This document shows, one piece after another, positions 1 through 12,470 of a stretch of DNA of 64,000 bases; the stretch's first letter is position 1; the number at the start of each line of letters is the position of its first letter. Source of the stretch: Lingula anatina (Eukaryota; Animalia; Brachiopoda). The stretch is taken from positions 14,730,644-14,794,643 of the forward strand of contig CM120643.1 in the NCBI GenBank assembly GCA_051362555.1. The letters are read 5' to 3'. The notes under the pieces were generated by a model. The model worked only from the letters and a program-made list of their open reading frames with translations. It ran no database searches and was not told the origin of the DNA. A program made the translations under genes and the position numbers.

Positions 1-1260
1 AATGGGTCCATGGTGCAACAGCATGCATATCATTCTCTTCACATCAAGTAGAAACAGGCCTGAACTTGGCATATCCATCTGCCATATTCAGCCATCTGCT
101 GCCTATAGAGTACAATTATATAATGTTTTATAATCTAATATATATACTAATAAGGTTAGTGAGGACCTCATTACTGTTGATACTGCCAATGTCTGAGCCA
201 AGTGTAGAGGAAAATTGGATAGATTTATTATGGGAGTTGGTATGGTTATGTCAGATGTGTTTGACTTTAGGGTTGAACTGAGGACACCTGGGAGAGAAAA
301 GTGATTTTAGAGTTATGGTTTTACTCAAGAGTCGCTGTGTTTATATCCCCAAAATGTAGGTACCTCACCTCTGTTCTTGTTTTTTTTTGTTTTTGTTTTT
401 TTTTTTTCCACATAGGTCTTTGAAACCAATGGTTGGTTTAAACTTAGATTATATTTTTTTCCATCTACTTTGACCTAAATAAGTCAGTGTTAGGACATAT
501 TGATTTAATTTTGTGCCTGTTTTATGAGAAAAAAGTTGTGGCAATTGTTCTAGAATAACTGGTATTTTTTTGTAGTTTTTGTGTTTTTTTATGAATTTGT
601 CCCAAATCCAAGTTGATTAACTGTAAAAATTCTATTGTGTAATGACCCCTTGGAATTCACTTAGGTGGCTGGTGGTACATAGCATGGGGGACCCCTCGCT
701 TCTTGATTTTATTAAAACATTTTTCAAAACAAAATGACAAAGTATGTTTAAGATTTATATGGTATGTATTGATCAAAAGTTCTTTAACAACAACTGATTC
801 AATATCTTTGATCTGACCTGTGGCTACAAGGTCTCTTCTAAGCCTATTTGATTTGAAATAGATTGACAGTGATTAGACCCAAGGCGTTTTTCACCTTCAA
901 CAACAAATGTCTAGGCAGAAACATTAGTGGTGGCTTTGAGTGATCCATCAGTGTATTATCTAAGATATCAAATTTTGCCAAGAGCTGATTAGCTTGAATC
1001 AAACAACAGTGGGAGGGGGGTGGGTGGGTTACACTGACTGAAATTGATTGTCTGAACAATTTTGCCCTAGAAACAGAAGTAATTCTTCTAAGTTTTTGAA
1101 GGGACTATTTGAAATTATTCCAGAGCTATGAAAGTCCTGCACTATTAGATTGGCTTCTATAATGGTTAGAGACAGAAATCGTATCATTCCTGAGGTAGTA
1201 CATGAATAAAATGAAGTCATCAAAACTATACTAAAAATGCAGGCTGCAGCCCGATGTCGC

Positions 1261-1366
1261 GGACCACAGTATTAAAAATATTGCAATTTTTTCAGTACTG
1301 TTGTCCCTGAAATGTGTCAGGGACAACAGTATTAAATAAATTGTAATATTTTTAATACTTAGGTCC
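1261..1366. repeat. ~106-bp imperfect fold-back (palindromic MITE-like remnant)
   Basis: GGACCACAGTATTAAAAATATTGCAATT...TGTTGTCCCTGA, 6-nt loop, then TCAGGGACAACAGTATT...AATATTTTTAATACTTAGGTCC; the arms are near reverse complements. Confidence 0.75.
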
Positions 1367-3938
1367 CTGGTAACAAGTCTTACGTCAACTTGGGTTTTTA
1401 TCTACAACCATTCTGAATCCAAAGCTTGTCACCAAATGGCTTAATTAACTCATAAGGGATTACAATGTCTGTGGTGCAGGCAAGCCTCTATCCCCAGGAT
1501 GGATTAGAGTTAATGGCCTCGCTGTTACGTTATTGTCATATTCAATACTGCTACGTGACGGAAATACATAATACAATGTCAAGCTACACATCAGCAACAT
1601 CTACAGACAGTTTCCAATCCACAGTGCTTGCAGTGAAGTGTCTCAAATACTAGGATTAGCAGTGGACCAGATAAATATCCCTCAGATCAAGGAAACCCCT
1701 AAAAATCACTTGGGTCCTGATTATGTAATAGTCACACATATGGTGATAGGTCCACTTTGTGCTATAAAAGCTCTTATATAATAACCTTGCTGTCATCTGC
1801 CGTTATTCAAGAGCAATGGCACCCAAGAGCCTCTTGCACAATACTGTCAAATACAAAGTGGATGATCATTCTGTTACAGTATTGTCACTGACCACAGCTT
1901 ATCATCTCGGGCAGCCAAGTGCCTCTCATATACTAAATTAAAGGTCTGTGGTCATATTGTTAAGGTATTGTCACCGAGTAAAAGCATTGTCATAGGCTAA
2001 TATGACACCCGTGGCAACCATATGTCCCCTGTATTATTACAAAATGTCCTAATGATTCCTGCCACCTGTATTTTCTGTCCTTTTACATCATATTTGTGGA
2101 AATAGTGAATAAAAGGGGGCTTGAAAATGGTTAATTCAGGAGGCACCCTTTTAGCTAGATTTGAATTTATCATCTTCACCCTTCTTTGTCCTTGCAAAAT
2201 ATTTCTAAACACGAGAGGAAAGAAATCTGTATTATGGTACACCTAGACACAATGGAACTTTTTTTCAGCTTTATATCCAACCTTTCATTCCATACACTTT
2301 CATTTCACACAATTTTCCATGAAGTTTCTGATACTTACATCAAAGTAGATATTGTGTTCAAGTTAACATAAACCACAGACATGCAGGGGATATCTATCTA
2401 AGAAAAGATTTGATACTACGGGAGGATGTTTGGGTACTGCCTGATCAAAGTTTATTTGCTGACAATGTGCAGTTAACTGTCTCCTGGGGTGACACTTGGC
2501 GGAAATTTTCACACCTTCTGCTCCTACACCTGGTTTTTCTATTTTTTAAAAAGAATTATAAAAGGAGACTGTATTTGATGATGCTTGCTGGTGTGTGTGT
2601 GTGTGTGTGTGTGAGTGTGTGTGTGGTGGGGAGGGTGATTTTATAATATGGCCCTGTGGAACAGGAACAAATCCAGAGGGTTTCCATGGTTTCTGGAAAC
2701 CGCTCCGAATTTTTCAAGAGTATTTGTCCTGTTTTTTTTTTTTTCTACCTTATGAATTAACAAAGACAAGAATCTGCTATATTATTTGCAGAAAGGCAAT
2801 GCCTGGCAAGTTTTCAATCAAGTTCATTTAATAAATTCAAATTCTTTTGTTGTAGACAAAGACCCTGTATATCATGCAGTGAATTACTAACATTGAATGA
2901 CAGATATTAAGTAGGAAAAATATCTTAACATTCTTTGTTATGAGATCTACATGTCTGCAAAGATTATTTTTTAAAGATAACGAACAATAAATGTTTTTAA
3001 AGTATTTGGTATGTCCTAATAGCTCTGTGGTATGAATGATTCCAAGAATTTATGTGACAAAAACAATATTGCAGTGTATCACCTTTGACATAGGCGACAT
3101 TTTCTGAAAGGCAGTGTTAGGTTTACAAAAAACAGCTTAATTAACTGTCTAATTGATCTTATCTAACTGGATATAGAAGCGAGAAGCTTGTGCTGACCCA
3201 AGGCATTGTCTGTTAATTAGCCTTGCATGGCATCCATGGCTGATTAACTGATCAACAGGTAAACTTGTTGACTAACAGGAAAAATTTGAAACATACTTGT
3301 TGAGGCAACCTTAGCATGCATTAGTTTCTCCAAGAAATCTGGGTAGAAAATTGTATGACAACCCTGTCCTATGTTTACCAGCTTGCCCAGGGATCATGGT
3401 TGTCTTGATAGTTGCACATGTTCAAAAAAGTTTTGGTATTATTTCAATTTTTAATGTGTGTAATTGGAGTCTTCATGTTGTATCATTGTTGTAGTTTCAC
3501 TGGCTACCATTACTAAGATGGTCATGGCAATTTTTAAAAAGAATTTAAATGCAATTTCAAGCAGTTTTATAGACAAGTGTGGTTTATAGTTTCATGTGGT
3601 TTTCTGTGATTTCTAGTTTTACTGAACTGATCAAGATGACAGCAGATCTTGTATTTAGCTTTGTTTTACAAATTACAAGTAATGACAGAACTTAATAAAT
3701 TGTTAAATATACATCTTTTTGTTCATAATGGGTTGGAGGTAAAATAAAATTATAATAGTAAACGATAATTTTATATTTTATTATAATTATATCAGTTCAT
3801 ATAAAAGCACAAATGTATTTCAATATGATGAATTAAAATAAGTTATCAATTAAATCTAAGATTAAGGCATATTGATTTTACATATAAAACAATTTTCTAT
3901 TATGATCTGCCTGTAAAAAATCCTGGATTTTACCCTGT

Positions 3939-5458
3939 TATTGTACCACCAGCGTTGGCGCTGGCGGTACACATGGTTTCGGTCCCGTCCGGATCGTTCC
4001 GCCGGCTCCGCCGGCTCCGCCGGACGGCTACCGTTACCGCTTCTCCTCCTAGACGGTAAGGGCCCCCTTTTGACCTACTTTTCACCATGAATTGAACTTT
4101 GCAAATTTTGCTTTCCATTTATCTCCAAAACTGGCAGAGATAGGTCCGTAGTTACTATTGAACTTGAATAGGAAGTTATATACTGTCAATCTTTCTGTGA
4201 CCTTAAAATTGACCTTTGACCTACTTTACACCATGAACTGAATTTTGCAGATTTTGCTTTCCTTTTATCTCCAAAACTGGCAGAGATAGGTCCGTAGTTA
4301 CTATTGAACTTGAATAGGAAGTTATATACTGTCAATCTTTCTGTGACCTTAAAATTGACCTTTGACCTACTTTACAATATGAACTGAATTTTCCAAATTT
4401 TGCTTCCCTTTTATCTCCAAAACTGGCAGAGATAGGTCCATAGTTACTATTGAACTTGAATAGGAAGTCATATACTGGCAATCTAAATGTGACCTTAAAA
4501 TTGACCTTTGACCTACTTTACACCATGAACTGAATTTTGCAAATTTTGCTTTTCTTTTATCTCCAAAACTGGCTGAGATAGGTCCGTAGTTACTATTGAA
4601 CTTGAATAGGAAGTCATATACTGGCAATCTAAATGTGACCTTGAAATTGACCTTTGACCTACTTTTCACCATGAATTGAACTTTGCAAATTTTGCTTTCC
4701 TTTTATCTCCAAAACTGGCAGAGATAGATCCGTAGTTACTATTGAACTTGAATAGGAAGTCATATACTGGCAATCTATATGTGACCTTAAAATTGACCTT
4801 TGACCTACTTTTCACCATGAATTGAACTTTGCAAATTTTGCTTTCCTTTTATCTCCAAAACTGGCAGAGATAGGTCCGTAGTTACTATTGAACTTGAATA
4901 GGAAGTCATATACTGGCAATCATTCTGTGACCTTAAAATTGACCTTTGACCTACTTTTCACCATGAACTGAATTTTGCAAATTTTTCTTCCCTTTTATCT
5001 CCAAAACTGGCAGAGATAGGTCCATAGTTACTATTGAACTTGAATAGGAAGTCATATACTGGCAATCTAAATGTGACCTTAAAATTGACCTTTGACCTAC
5101 TTTTCACCATGAACTGAACTTTGCAAATTTTGCTTTCCTTTTGTCTCCAAAACTGGCAGAGATAGGTCCATAGTTACTCTTGAACTTGAATAGGAAGTCA
5201 TATACTGGCAATTTACTGTGACCTTGAAATTGACCCTTGACCTATCTTACATCTTACGAAGAACTTGAATTTGATTGTACCATATATATATTTTGCAAAA
5301 GTTTAAAAATTCTTGTTGATTGCATTTTTACAGCTTGACAAGCACAAAACTGGTGGCTGTGTCCCTTATTTTGTGTATGTGGAGGTCTATACGAATGCGC
5401 TTGCTCCAGCTGGTGGTACAATATTCGGAGGCGGTATCGCCTCTCTGATCCTCTAGTT
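3939..5458 (+). mobile_element. Non-autonomous Helentron/DINE-1-like (HINE) element with central tandem array
   Basis: Perfect 15-bp subterminal inverted repeats TATTGTACCACCAGC (3939-3953) and GCTGGTGGTACAATA (5409-5423). A partial inverted copy directly after the 5' repeat forms a hairpin, followed by a GC-rich microsatellite-like tract and the tandem array. 3' stem-loop GAGGCG-GTAT-CGCCTC (5428-5443) and CTAGTT end. Confidence 0.75.
4068..5243. repeat. Tandem array, 146-bp unit, about 8 copies
   Basis: ATCTCCAAAACTGG recurs at 4121, 4267, 4413, 4559, 4705, 4851, 4997 and 5143 (variant), an exact 146-bp period with highly similar units. Confidence 0.95.
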
Positions 5459-6540
5459 ATATATATATTTTTTTGTCTATCTCACCAATAACTTTTTCAC
5501 TTCAAGTGTTAAACATCTTGCTAAAGAATAATTTTTTTTTACTTTTTATATACTGTTGGCAGTCAGTAAGTGCAAATTTTTGGGTATTCCTCAAGGTTCA
5601 ACTGTGCTTCAGGTGATAGAAATCCTTGACTTCAAATTTTATACTTAATCATCCCTTAGAATTATCAGAATGCCTGGAGGAAGAATACTTTGCTTGTCAC
5701 TGCTTCACTAAATAAAATACATATTGACAAAGAGATTGCATAATGGGTGTTTTTAGGTTGTTGCCCTTGAGCTGGAAAGAAGGAAATAATCTCAAATGAA
5801 AGACGTGAAATTGATTGTCACCTGGAGACATTTTAAGACCCTAACTGCCTTTGATATGAAGACATTATTATATAACAGCCACGTCTTTTTATGGCTATGT
5901 CATCAAAACTATTGATTCTCTCCTGGGGGCTTACCGTTTTGTCAATTTATTTTTATATCAGGCGTAAATGTCATGACATTTTCTTGAAAAGACTTTGCAC
6001 CACAATTTCTGAGTAAATGTTCCAGCACAGAAATGAGACCTTTGTTGAGTTTATATAGATATATAAAGTAAAAAAAAAAAAATAGCAATAAACATAATTT
6101 TGAGTCAGAAGTGACTGATTAGCAAAATATGTCAGAAAAGATTTTTGTATTCTTTAGCCAAAGTAAGTTATCTTTATTTTAAAGCATTGTGGTTTGTTTT
6201 GATTTATTACAATACCCCTAGAGTTTGTACCCCTCAATCCCCCCACACACACACATACGCACACACACACACGCACACGCACACGCACACACCACTACCA
6301 CCACCCATTTGTGCCTTTTCCATACAGATTAACACTGTATCCGTGTTAAATGTCACTTGCTGCCAAGGGTACTGTTAATATGATACATGGTCTTCTGGAA
6401 AACAGTGGTCCTTTCCCAAGGGAGTCCCTGTTTTTTTTTTATGATTCTGTCTATCAGTTGATTTATCAGGATTAGCCAATGTGAATTTAACTTTTGGCAG
6501 CCTATCAGAGAAAAGTAAGGAGATGGTGATAACTTGTCTG

Positions 6541-6578
<38 letters not shown>

Positions 6579-8399
6579 GGGATTCCCTTAAGGCAACTGG
6601 TTTTCTTAGCGGCCTGTCCTTCTGGCGACTTAAATGATGAAATCACAGCGTGCCACCGTAAACTAACTCATCAAGACAAATGGAGAAATTAGGTTTGCAA
6701 AGTGAATTTTCTATTAAGAATCTAATCAAGCTATGAGTCAGCCAGCATCTGTCATCCTAATGTGACTGTGATTACCAATTACATGTTGCGGCGATGTTCC
6801 CTTTAATGAGAGAGGGAATGACATTGTACATGTTGTTGTTACGCGGGCGTTGCCCCTATGATGTGGCTCAACTGTTACATTGTTTAGTCTGTTTTTGTCT
6901 CATTGATGATGGCGGGGGGGGGGGGGGGGGAGTGATTGGTTTTAATGTATCCTCTAGTTAACATAACAGTAACTTCTTGTCGTTCCGTCTGTGATGTTCA
7001 GAAGGAAAAAGAAACATGTTGCAGAAGCTTGGTTTACACCAGGGTGTAGTTGTTTTGCACAAATGCTGGTGGTGACTGTTAAATTGGCTGTAGAAAATGA
7101 AAAAAAATATTTTGGTTCATTGTTTTCTCCACTTTTTTTATTGATTTTGTGAAGAATAGGTTGATAAGATAAGAGATAACAAACTAATGTGACAGAGGAG
7201 TTTCATCTCTGCAGGAAGATGGTCTATTTGATGTATCTAAAAAAATAATTTGACAAAAGTGATACCTTCTTCTGTGAAATTATAAACATGTAGAGAATAG
7301 TAACAATACAATATATTGTGATGAAAGGGGCAGTATTGTAGTATTTTTGTTTTTTAAGGCATTTAGAAAGATTTCATTATTTTGAAGATAGTACAGTCAT
7401 ATTTCAGAATATATAAAGTATTTTAATATACATATTGAGGGAGAGAGAAGGAAAAATGTTTCCTATGTGTCTGTATACCATTTCATTTACATCGTTTTAT
7501 TGTTTTATACGTTAATTGCTATTATCTTCTGAATTGTACTCGCTGCGCTTTGTTGCTTTCCCTGCCCAACCCCTCAGTCCTAGCCTCCCTCCTCTAGAGA
7601 GCGAACACATTAGTCACTGGCAAATCGCTACTTGTGCAGGAAACCTCACAAGAATTTCCTTTGTGAAATTGTCATGTTATTAATTGTTTAATCCATTGTT
7701 GCCTGTGGTGGAGTTGTATTTGTCATTCCAGTTATCTTAGTGTGAGGTATTGAGTGGAGATTATATTTCTGGTCGGCAGACATGCAACAATTTGTCTCTA
7801 TGACACATTCAGATGACTTTTTTTTTTTTTTTTTAGAAAAGTGGTTTACCTTGATGTTGAAATCTGAATGAAAGTTTTCTGAAACATAATCATCTTATTT
7901 TTATTATTTTGTGTTTGGTTTAATACTTCCTAATTGTATTTTGCAGATTAAAATTGTGACCAAAATTAAAAAGTGGTTTGACATTATAAATTGAACCTGT
8001 CATGTAAAAGTAGAATGTAATTCATTTTCATTTAAACTTTTTGATCATCAGTGTTGGTTGAAAGAGTAAAACATAATATGTAACAAACAAAAGGTAGAGT
8101 TATTGGTCTCAGATGATTAAAAACTTCTTCTCAGGTGTCTTGCATTTCTTGTCTTCTTTTAATGTTTGCCTCCTCCAAAAATACCATGATTATTCCCTTT
8201 TAATTTTTCTTGGAAACAAGAGCTAAAGAAACCTGTGTGGATATGTTTTCTTTCATAGAAGCCTTTTATTGGAAGTCTGGCGTCTCGGGTGTCTGTTATA
8301 GGAGTTAAATTGCTTGCATTCACTGAGATGTTTACCACATAAACCATGCAGAGAGCGATCCTTTTGTTTTTTTTTAGAGAAAAGGATTCCCCTGTTCTC

Positions 8400-8406
8400 T
8401 CTCCCC

Positions 8407-8463
<57 letters not shown>
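8400..8463. repeat. Compound (CT)n(CA)n microsatellite
   Basis: Read directly from sequence. Confidence 0.95.
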
Positions 8464-8468
<5 letters not shown>

Positions 8469-9045
8469 ACAAATCAAACACAGGTCATTTTGTTCCATGA
8501 ACTGAAAGTTAAAACATGCCTTATGCAAGGCTACCATCCAGGGTAAACACGCAAGCAAAATTCAGTCAAACTTCTGAAATCGGTGGCCGTTTAATCCCTA
8601 TTACATGTGGGGAGTGTACAGAGAAATGGTCAACAGATTCCGCTATTTCTACAATGCTAGCACTCGAATGTGTGTGTGTGTTTGTTTGCATGTCACTTAG
8701 GGTCCTTCACTCCAATTGGAAAAACATCATAATGAGTTCTTAATTAACAGGCCTAGGTTATAGCAGGTGTTTAGTGATGTTGTGATGTATGGATTCATTC
8801 AGCGGTGAAGTTAAAGGGATGGCACATGGAAGTATTATTGACTTAAATTTTATTATTATTTATCTCTTTCATTGTGACAATTTACAATTTTTTTTAATAC
8901 TGAAATTGCTGTACCATTCCTTTTAAAAAAATAAATAAAAGTTAGATTGTCAGAATTGCATATTGTTTCTTTTGCCTCAGTTAAGTGAAGAAAAAAGTAT
9001 TATGAAAATCATATGTAGATATTTTCTTCTCCTTTGTCTTCTTTT

Positions 9046-10105
9046 TATGTACAGACACAGATGTGTCTGTACATATTGCCATCACCTGCGTCTGTCGTCG
9101 CCGATGCCGTCGCCGATGCCGATGCCGATGCCGATGCCGATGCCGATGCCGATGCCGTCGCCGATGCCGTGCACTTTCCTTGTAAACACGATAAGTGGAG
9201 GACAGTTTTACTTTTTGGCTTTATATTTACAGAGCTGATGAATATTCATAAAACGCAGGTCAAGTTCGAAAATCAGCATGATCGGGCCATTATTGTAGAA
9301 CTTATGCTGTTTTTTCACTTTTCAGCATATATGCAACCCTGTAAACACATTTTAAGGAACACCGTTAGGCCTGTTGTCATGAAACTCACAGGAGTAATCA
9401 ATCTTACTAAAACGCAGGTCAAGTTCGAAAATCAGCATGATCGGGCCATTACTTTAGAAGTTATGCTGTTTTTTCACATTTCCTCAGATTCAATTCTTAG
9501 GCATGTTAACAGTCTTATTATTTTACTAATAAGATACATAAAAGTGTTTGTTTGACATTTCCTGAATCTTTACAACATTGTTAGTTGATTATGTAAAAAT
9601 GATGGTAAACTTGTTATCGTGTATTGTGTAATAAAGTGTCAAAAATGGAAATAAACTCATATCATTGCAGTTTGTCAGATGCAATCATTCACTATGTTCA
9701 GAATCTCAGGATGGAGGAAATTGGACATTTAACACTGTTGTATTGATATTTTTCCCATCTCATCAATTTTCTTAGTTGATCGTATAAAAATGGCAGTAAC
9801 CTGTTAATTTTGTTTATGTTATAAAAATTGTTAAAAATGGAAAAAAAACATTTCAGAACAGTGCTGTCTTGTTTACATTTTGGCATTTTCAAGTTGTGAC
9901 TTTGAAGTTCCATGGGCCTGAAGACCTTTGCTAGTCACATTTTCTGAATATCCATGATACTAATATTTTATTATTAAAAATTGATGGTCATTAAGCTGTT
10001 TAACATTATGTAATATTGCATCAAAATTTGAAAAAAACTTATTTTGGGCACTGCTCCCATGATGACCATTTAAGAAAAACCATGTCACTTACTGTTCTCA
10101 AACAG
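9046..10105 (+). mobile_element. HINE-like element, second family, copy 1 (5' hairpin, GCCGAT microsatellite, ~159-bp internal repeats)
   Basis: 14-bp stem hairpin TATGTACAGACACA-GA-TGTGTCTGTACATA (9046-9075) after a T run; (GCCGAT)n at about 9100-9170; CGCAGGTCAAGTTCGAAAATCAGCATGATCGGGCC at 9254 and 9413. No clear 3' subterminal repeat seen. Confidence 0.6.
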
Positions 10106-10115
10106 TACAGTAAAT

Positions 10116-11275
10116 ATGTACAGATGTGTCTGTACATATTGCCATCACCTGCGTCTGTCTTGGCTGGCGTTGCCATCACTGTCACTGTCACCGTGCACTT
10201 TCATTGTAAATGCGATAAGTGGAAGGCAGTTTTACTTTTTGGCTGTATATTTACAGAGCTGATGAATATCCATAAAACGCAGATCAAGTCCGAAAATCAG
10301 CATGATCGGGCTATTATTGTAGAACTTATGCTGTTTTTTCATTTTTCAGCATATATGCAACACTGTAAACACATTTCAAGGAAAACCGTTAGGCCTGTTG
10401 TCATGAAACTCATAGAAGTAATCAATCTTACTATAACGCAGGTCAAGTTAGAAAATAGGCATGATCGGGCCACTATTTTAGTTATGCTTTTTTTTTTTCA
10501 CTTTTCAGCATATATGCAACACTGTAAACACAAAATAAGAAAAACAGATAGGCCAATTGTCAGTAAACTCACAGGAGTGGTCATTCCTGCTAAAACGCAG
10601 GTTGAGTTTAAAAATCAGCTTAATCGGGCCATTATTTTGAAGAAATGCTGTTTTTTCACATTTCCTCAGATTTAATTCTTAGGCATGTTAACATGCATGT
10701 TTCATTATTTAATTAGTAAGACACGTAAAAGTGTTTGTTTGGCATTTCCTGCATCTTTACAACATTATTAGTTGATTATGTAAAAATGATGGTAAACTTG
10801 TTATCGTGTATTGTGTAATAAAGTTTCAAAAAATGGAAATAAACTCATATCATTGCAGTTTGTCAGATTCAATCATTGACATTCACTATGTTCAGAATCT
10901 CAGAATGGAAGAAATTGGACATTTAACACTGCTCTATTGATATTTTTCCCATCTCATCAATTTTCTTAGTTGATCATATAAAAACGGCAGTAAACTGTTA
11001 ATTTTGTTTTATGTTAAAAATTGTTAAAAATGGAAAAAAAAAATTCAGAACAGTGTTGTCTTGTTTACATTTTGGCATTTTCAAGTTGTGACTTTGAAGT
11101 TCCATGGGCCTGAAGACCTTTGCTAGTAACATTTTCTGAATATCCATAATACTCATCATTATGCTGTTAAACATTATGTAATATTGCATCAAAATTTGAA
11201 AAAAAAAAACTATTTTGGGCACTGCCCCAATGATGACCATTTAAGAAAAACCATGTCACTTACTGTTCTCAAACT
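10116..11275 (+). mobile_element. Diverged head-to-tail duplicate of the 9046-10105 element (three internal ~160-bp units)
   Basis: Begins ATGTACAGATGTGTCTGTACATATTGCCATCACCTGCGTCTGTC and aligns by eye with copy 1 through ...CATGTCACTTACTGTTCTCAAAC. A third partial copy of the 3' part lies at about 11385-11560. Confidence 0.8.
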
Positions 11276-12189
11276 TACAGGAAAGAAACATGGGACTAAA
11301 ATACAGCTTCAGTAGGCAATGCAGTCTGTTTGGTAATTCTTACTGCCAGTTAAACAGTTTTTTTGTGAAAATTTAATTTTTCACATATTGGCATTTTCAA
11401 GGTGTAACTTTGAAGTTCCACGGGCTTGAAGACCCATGCTAGTCACATTTTCTGAAAATCCATGTATATTTTATTATTAAAAATTGACGGTCATTATGCT
11501 GTTAACCATTATGTAATATTGCATCAGAATAGAAGAAAACACAATTTTGGGTGCTGCTTGAGCATAATTAAAATTTGATGTTGAATTTGCAGTTTAACAT
11601 AATGTACTTTTGCATCAGAATTGACAGTAGCCTATTTTGTGCATAGTTATTTCCTGTTTTTTGTCTGTACATTTGACAGCTTTGCTGCCTTGTTTTTTTT
11701 TTTAAATTTGAAGCCTCAGCAAATTGATTCCCATAAAAGTGTTCCTTGTGATTTTTCTGTCCATTGTCCATATAAGGGCACACCTGCTGGCTTTGTAGCA
11801 TGTTAACCACCAGAATAAACTAGACTAAAAAGATGCCCCCCAGAGAAATAGAATATAGCACAGTGACTGTATTTTGTGAGTGAAAGTAAGGCCTCTGTTA
11901 CAAAATAATTTTATCGCCTAAACATTTTTTTTTTGTATGCTATTTTAAAGGTCTCTGATTTCAAAGTTATCCTGAACTGATATAAACCAAAAGTGCTGTT
12001 AAATTAAGATCAGTGTTTGGTCTTAGATTATTTTGTGAAACCTGTCACTGGTATTTGCATTTTACATGAGGTCTTTTCTCCAGAGAACGGTTCCACAAAA
12101 CAACTTAAGACCAAAAACTGATAGAGACAAAAAGAAAGATAGTTTGTATTTAACAAAATGCTGATCCTGTTCAAATTTATTTAGTGTAA

Positions 12190-12470
12190 AGGCTCATTCT
12201 TTAGTCTCAGGACACATTCCCTTTGAAACTGTCCATCTATGAGGATCAATCCAACTTCACTGGGGCTTGTGCTAGATACAATTCAGTTAAACAGATTGAC
12301 GCCCTTCCTATTGTTACCAAAGTACTTAATGACTAATCACCAAGCTTTTCTGTATTCTACTCAGCGAAAGGAGGAGGCGTGTTAATCTGTCAAACTGATT
12401 GCATTCAGCAAGAGTCCCCACCGAGTTAGATCGTTCTATGTAGACCGATAGTTGCAATGGGAATGAGCCC
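12190..12470. mobile_element. MITE family C (PIF/Harbinger-like, TAA target duplication)
   Basis: Ends AGGCTCATTC...GAATGAGCCC flanked by TAA on both sides. Internal CTGATTGCATTCAGCAAGAGTCC...TAGACCGATAGTT is shared with the copy at 52835-53070. Confidence 0.65.

Noticed and set aside
4068-5243. CRISPR-like array
   Set aside because: Contiguous 146-bp units without unique spacers, eukaryotic context, no cas genes.
9034-10675. 173-aa and 219-aa ORFs with repeated KFENQHDRAI motif
   Set aside because: They are translations of the internal ~160-bp DNA repeats and microsatellite of a non-autonomous element; no protein family resemblance.
1-12300. Possible coding exons among the short ORFs in the first 12 kb
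   Set aside because: No recognisable domain and no splice-consistent chain; the ORFs are low-complexity, microsatellite-derived or repeat-derived.
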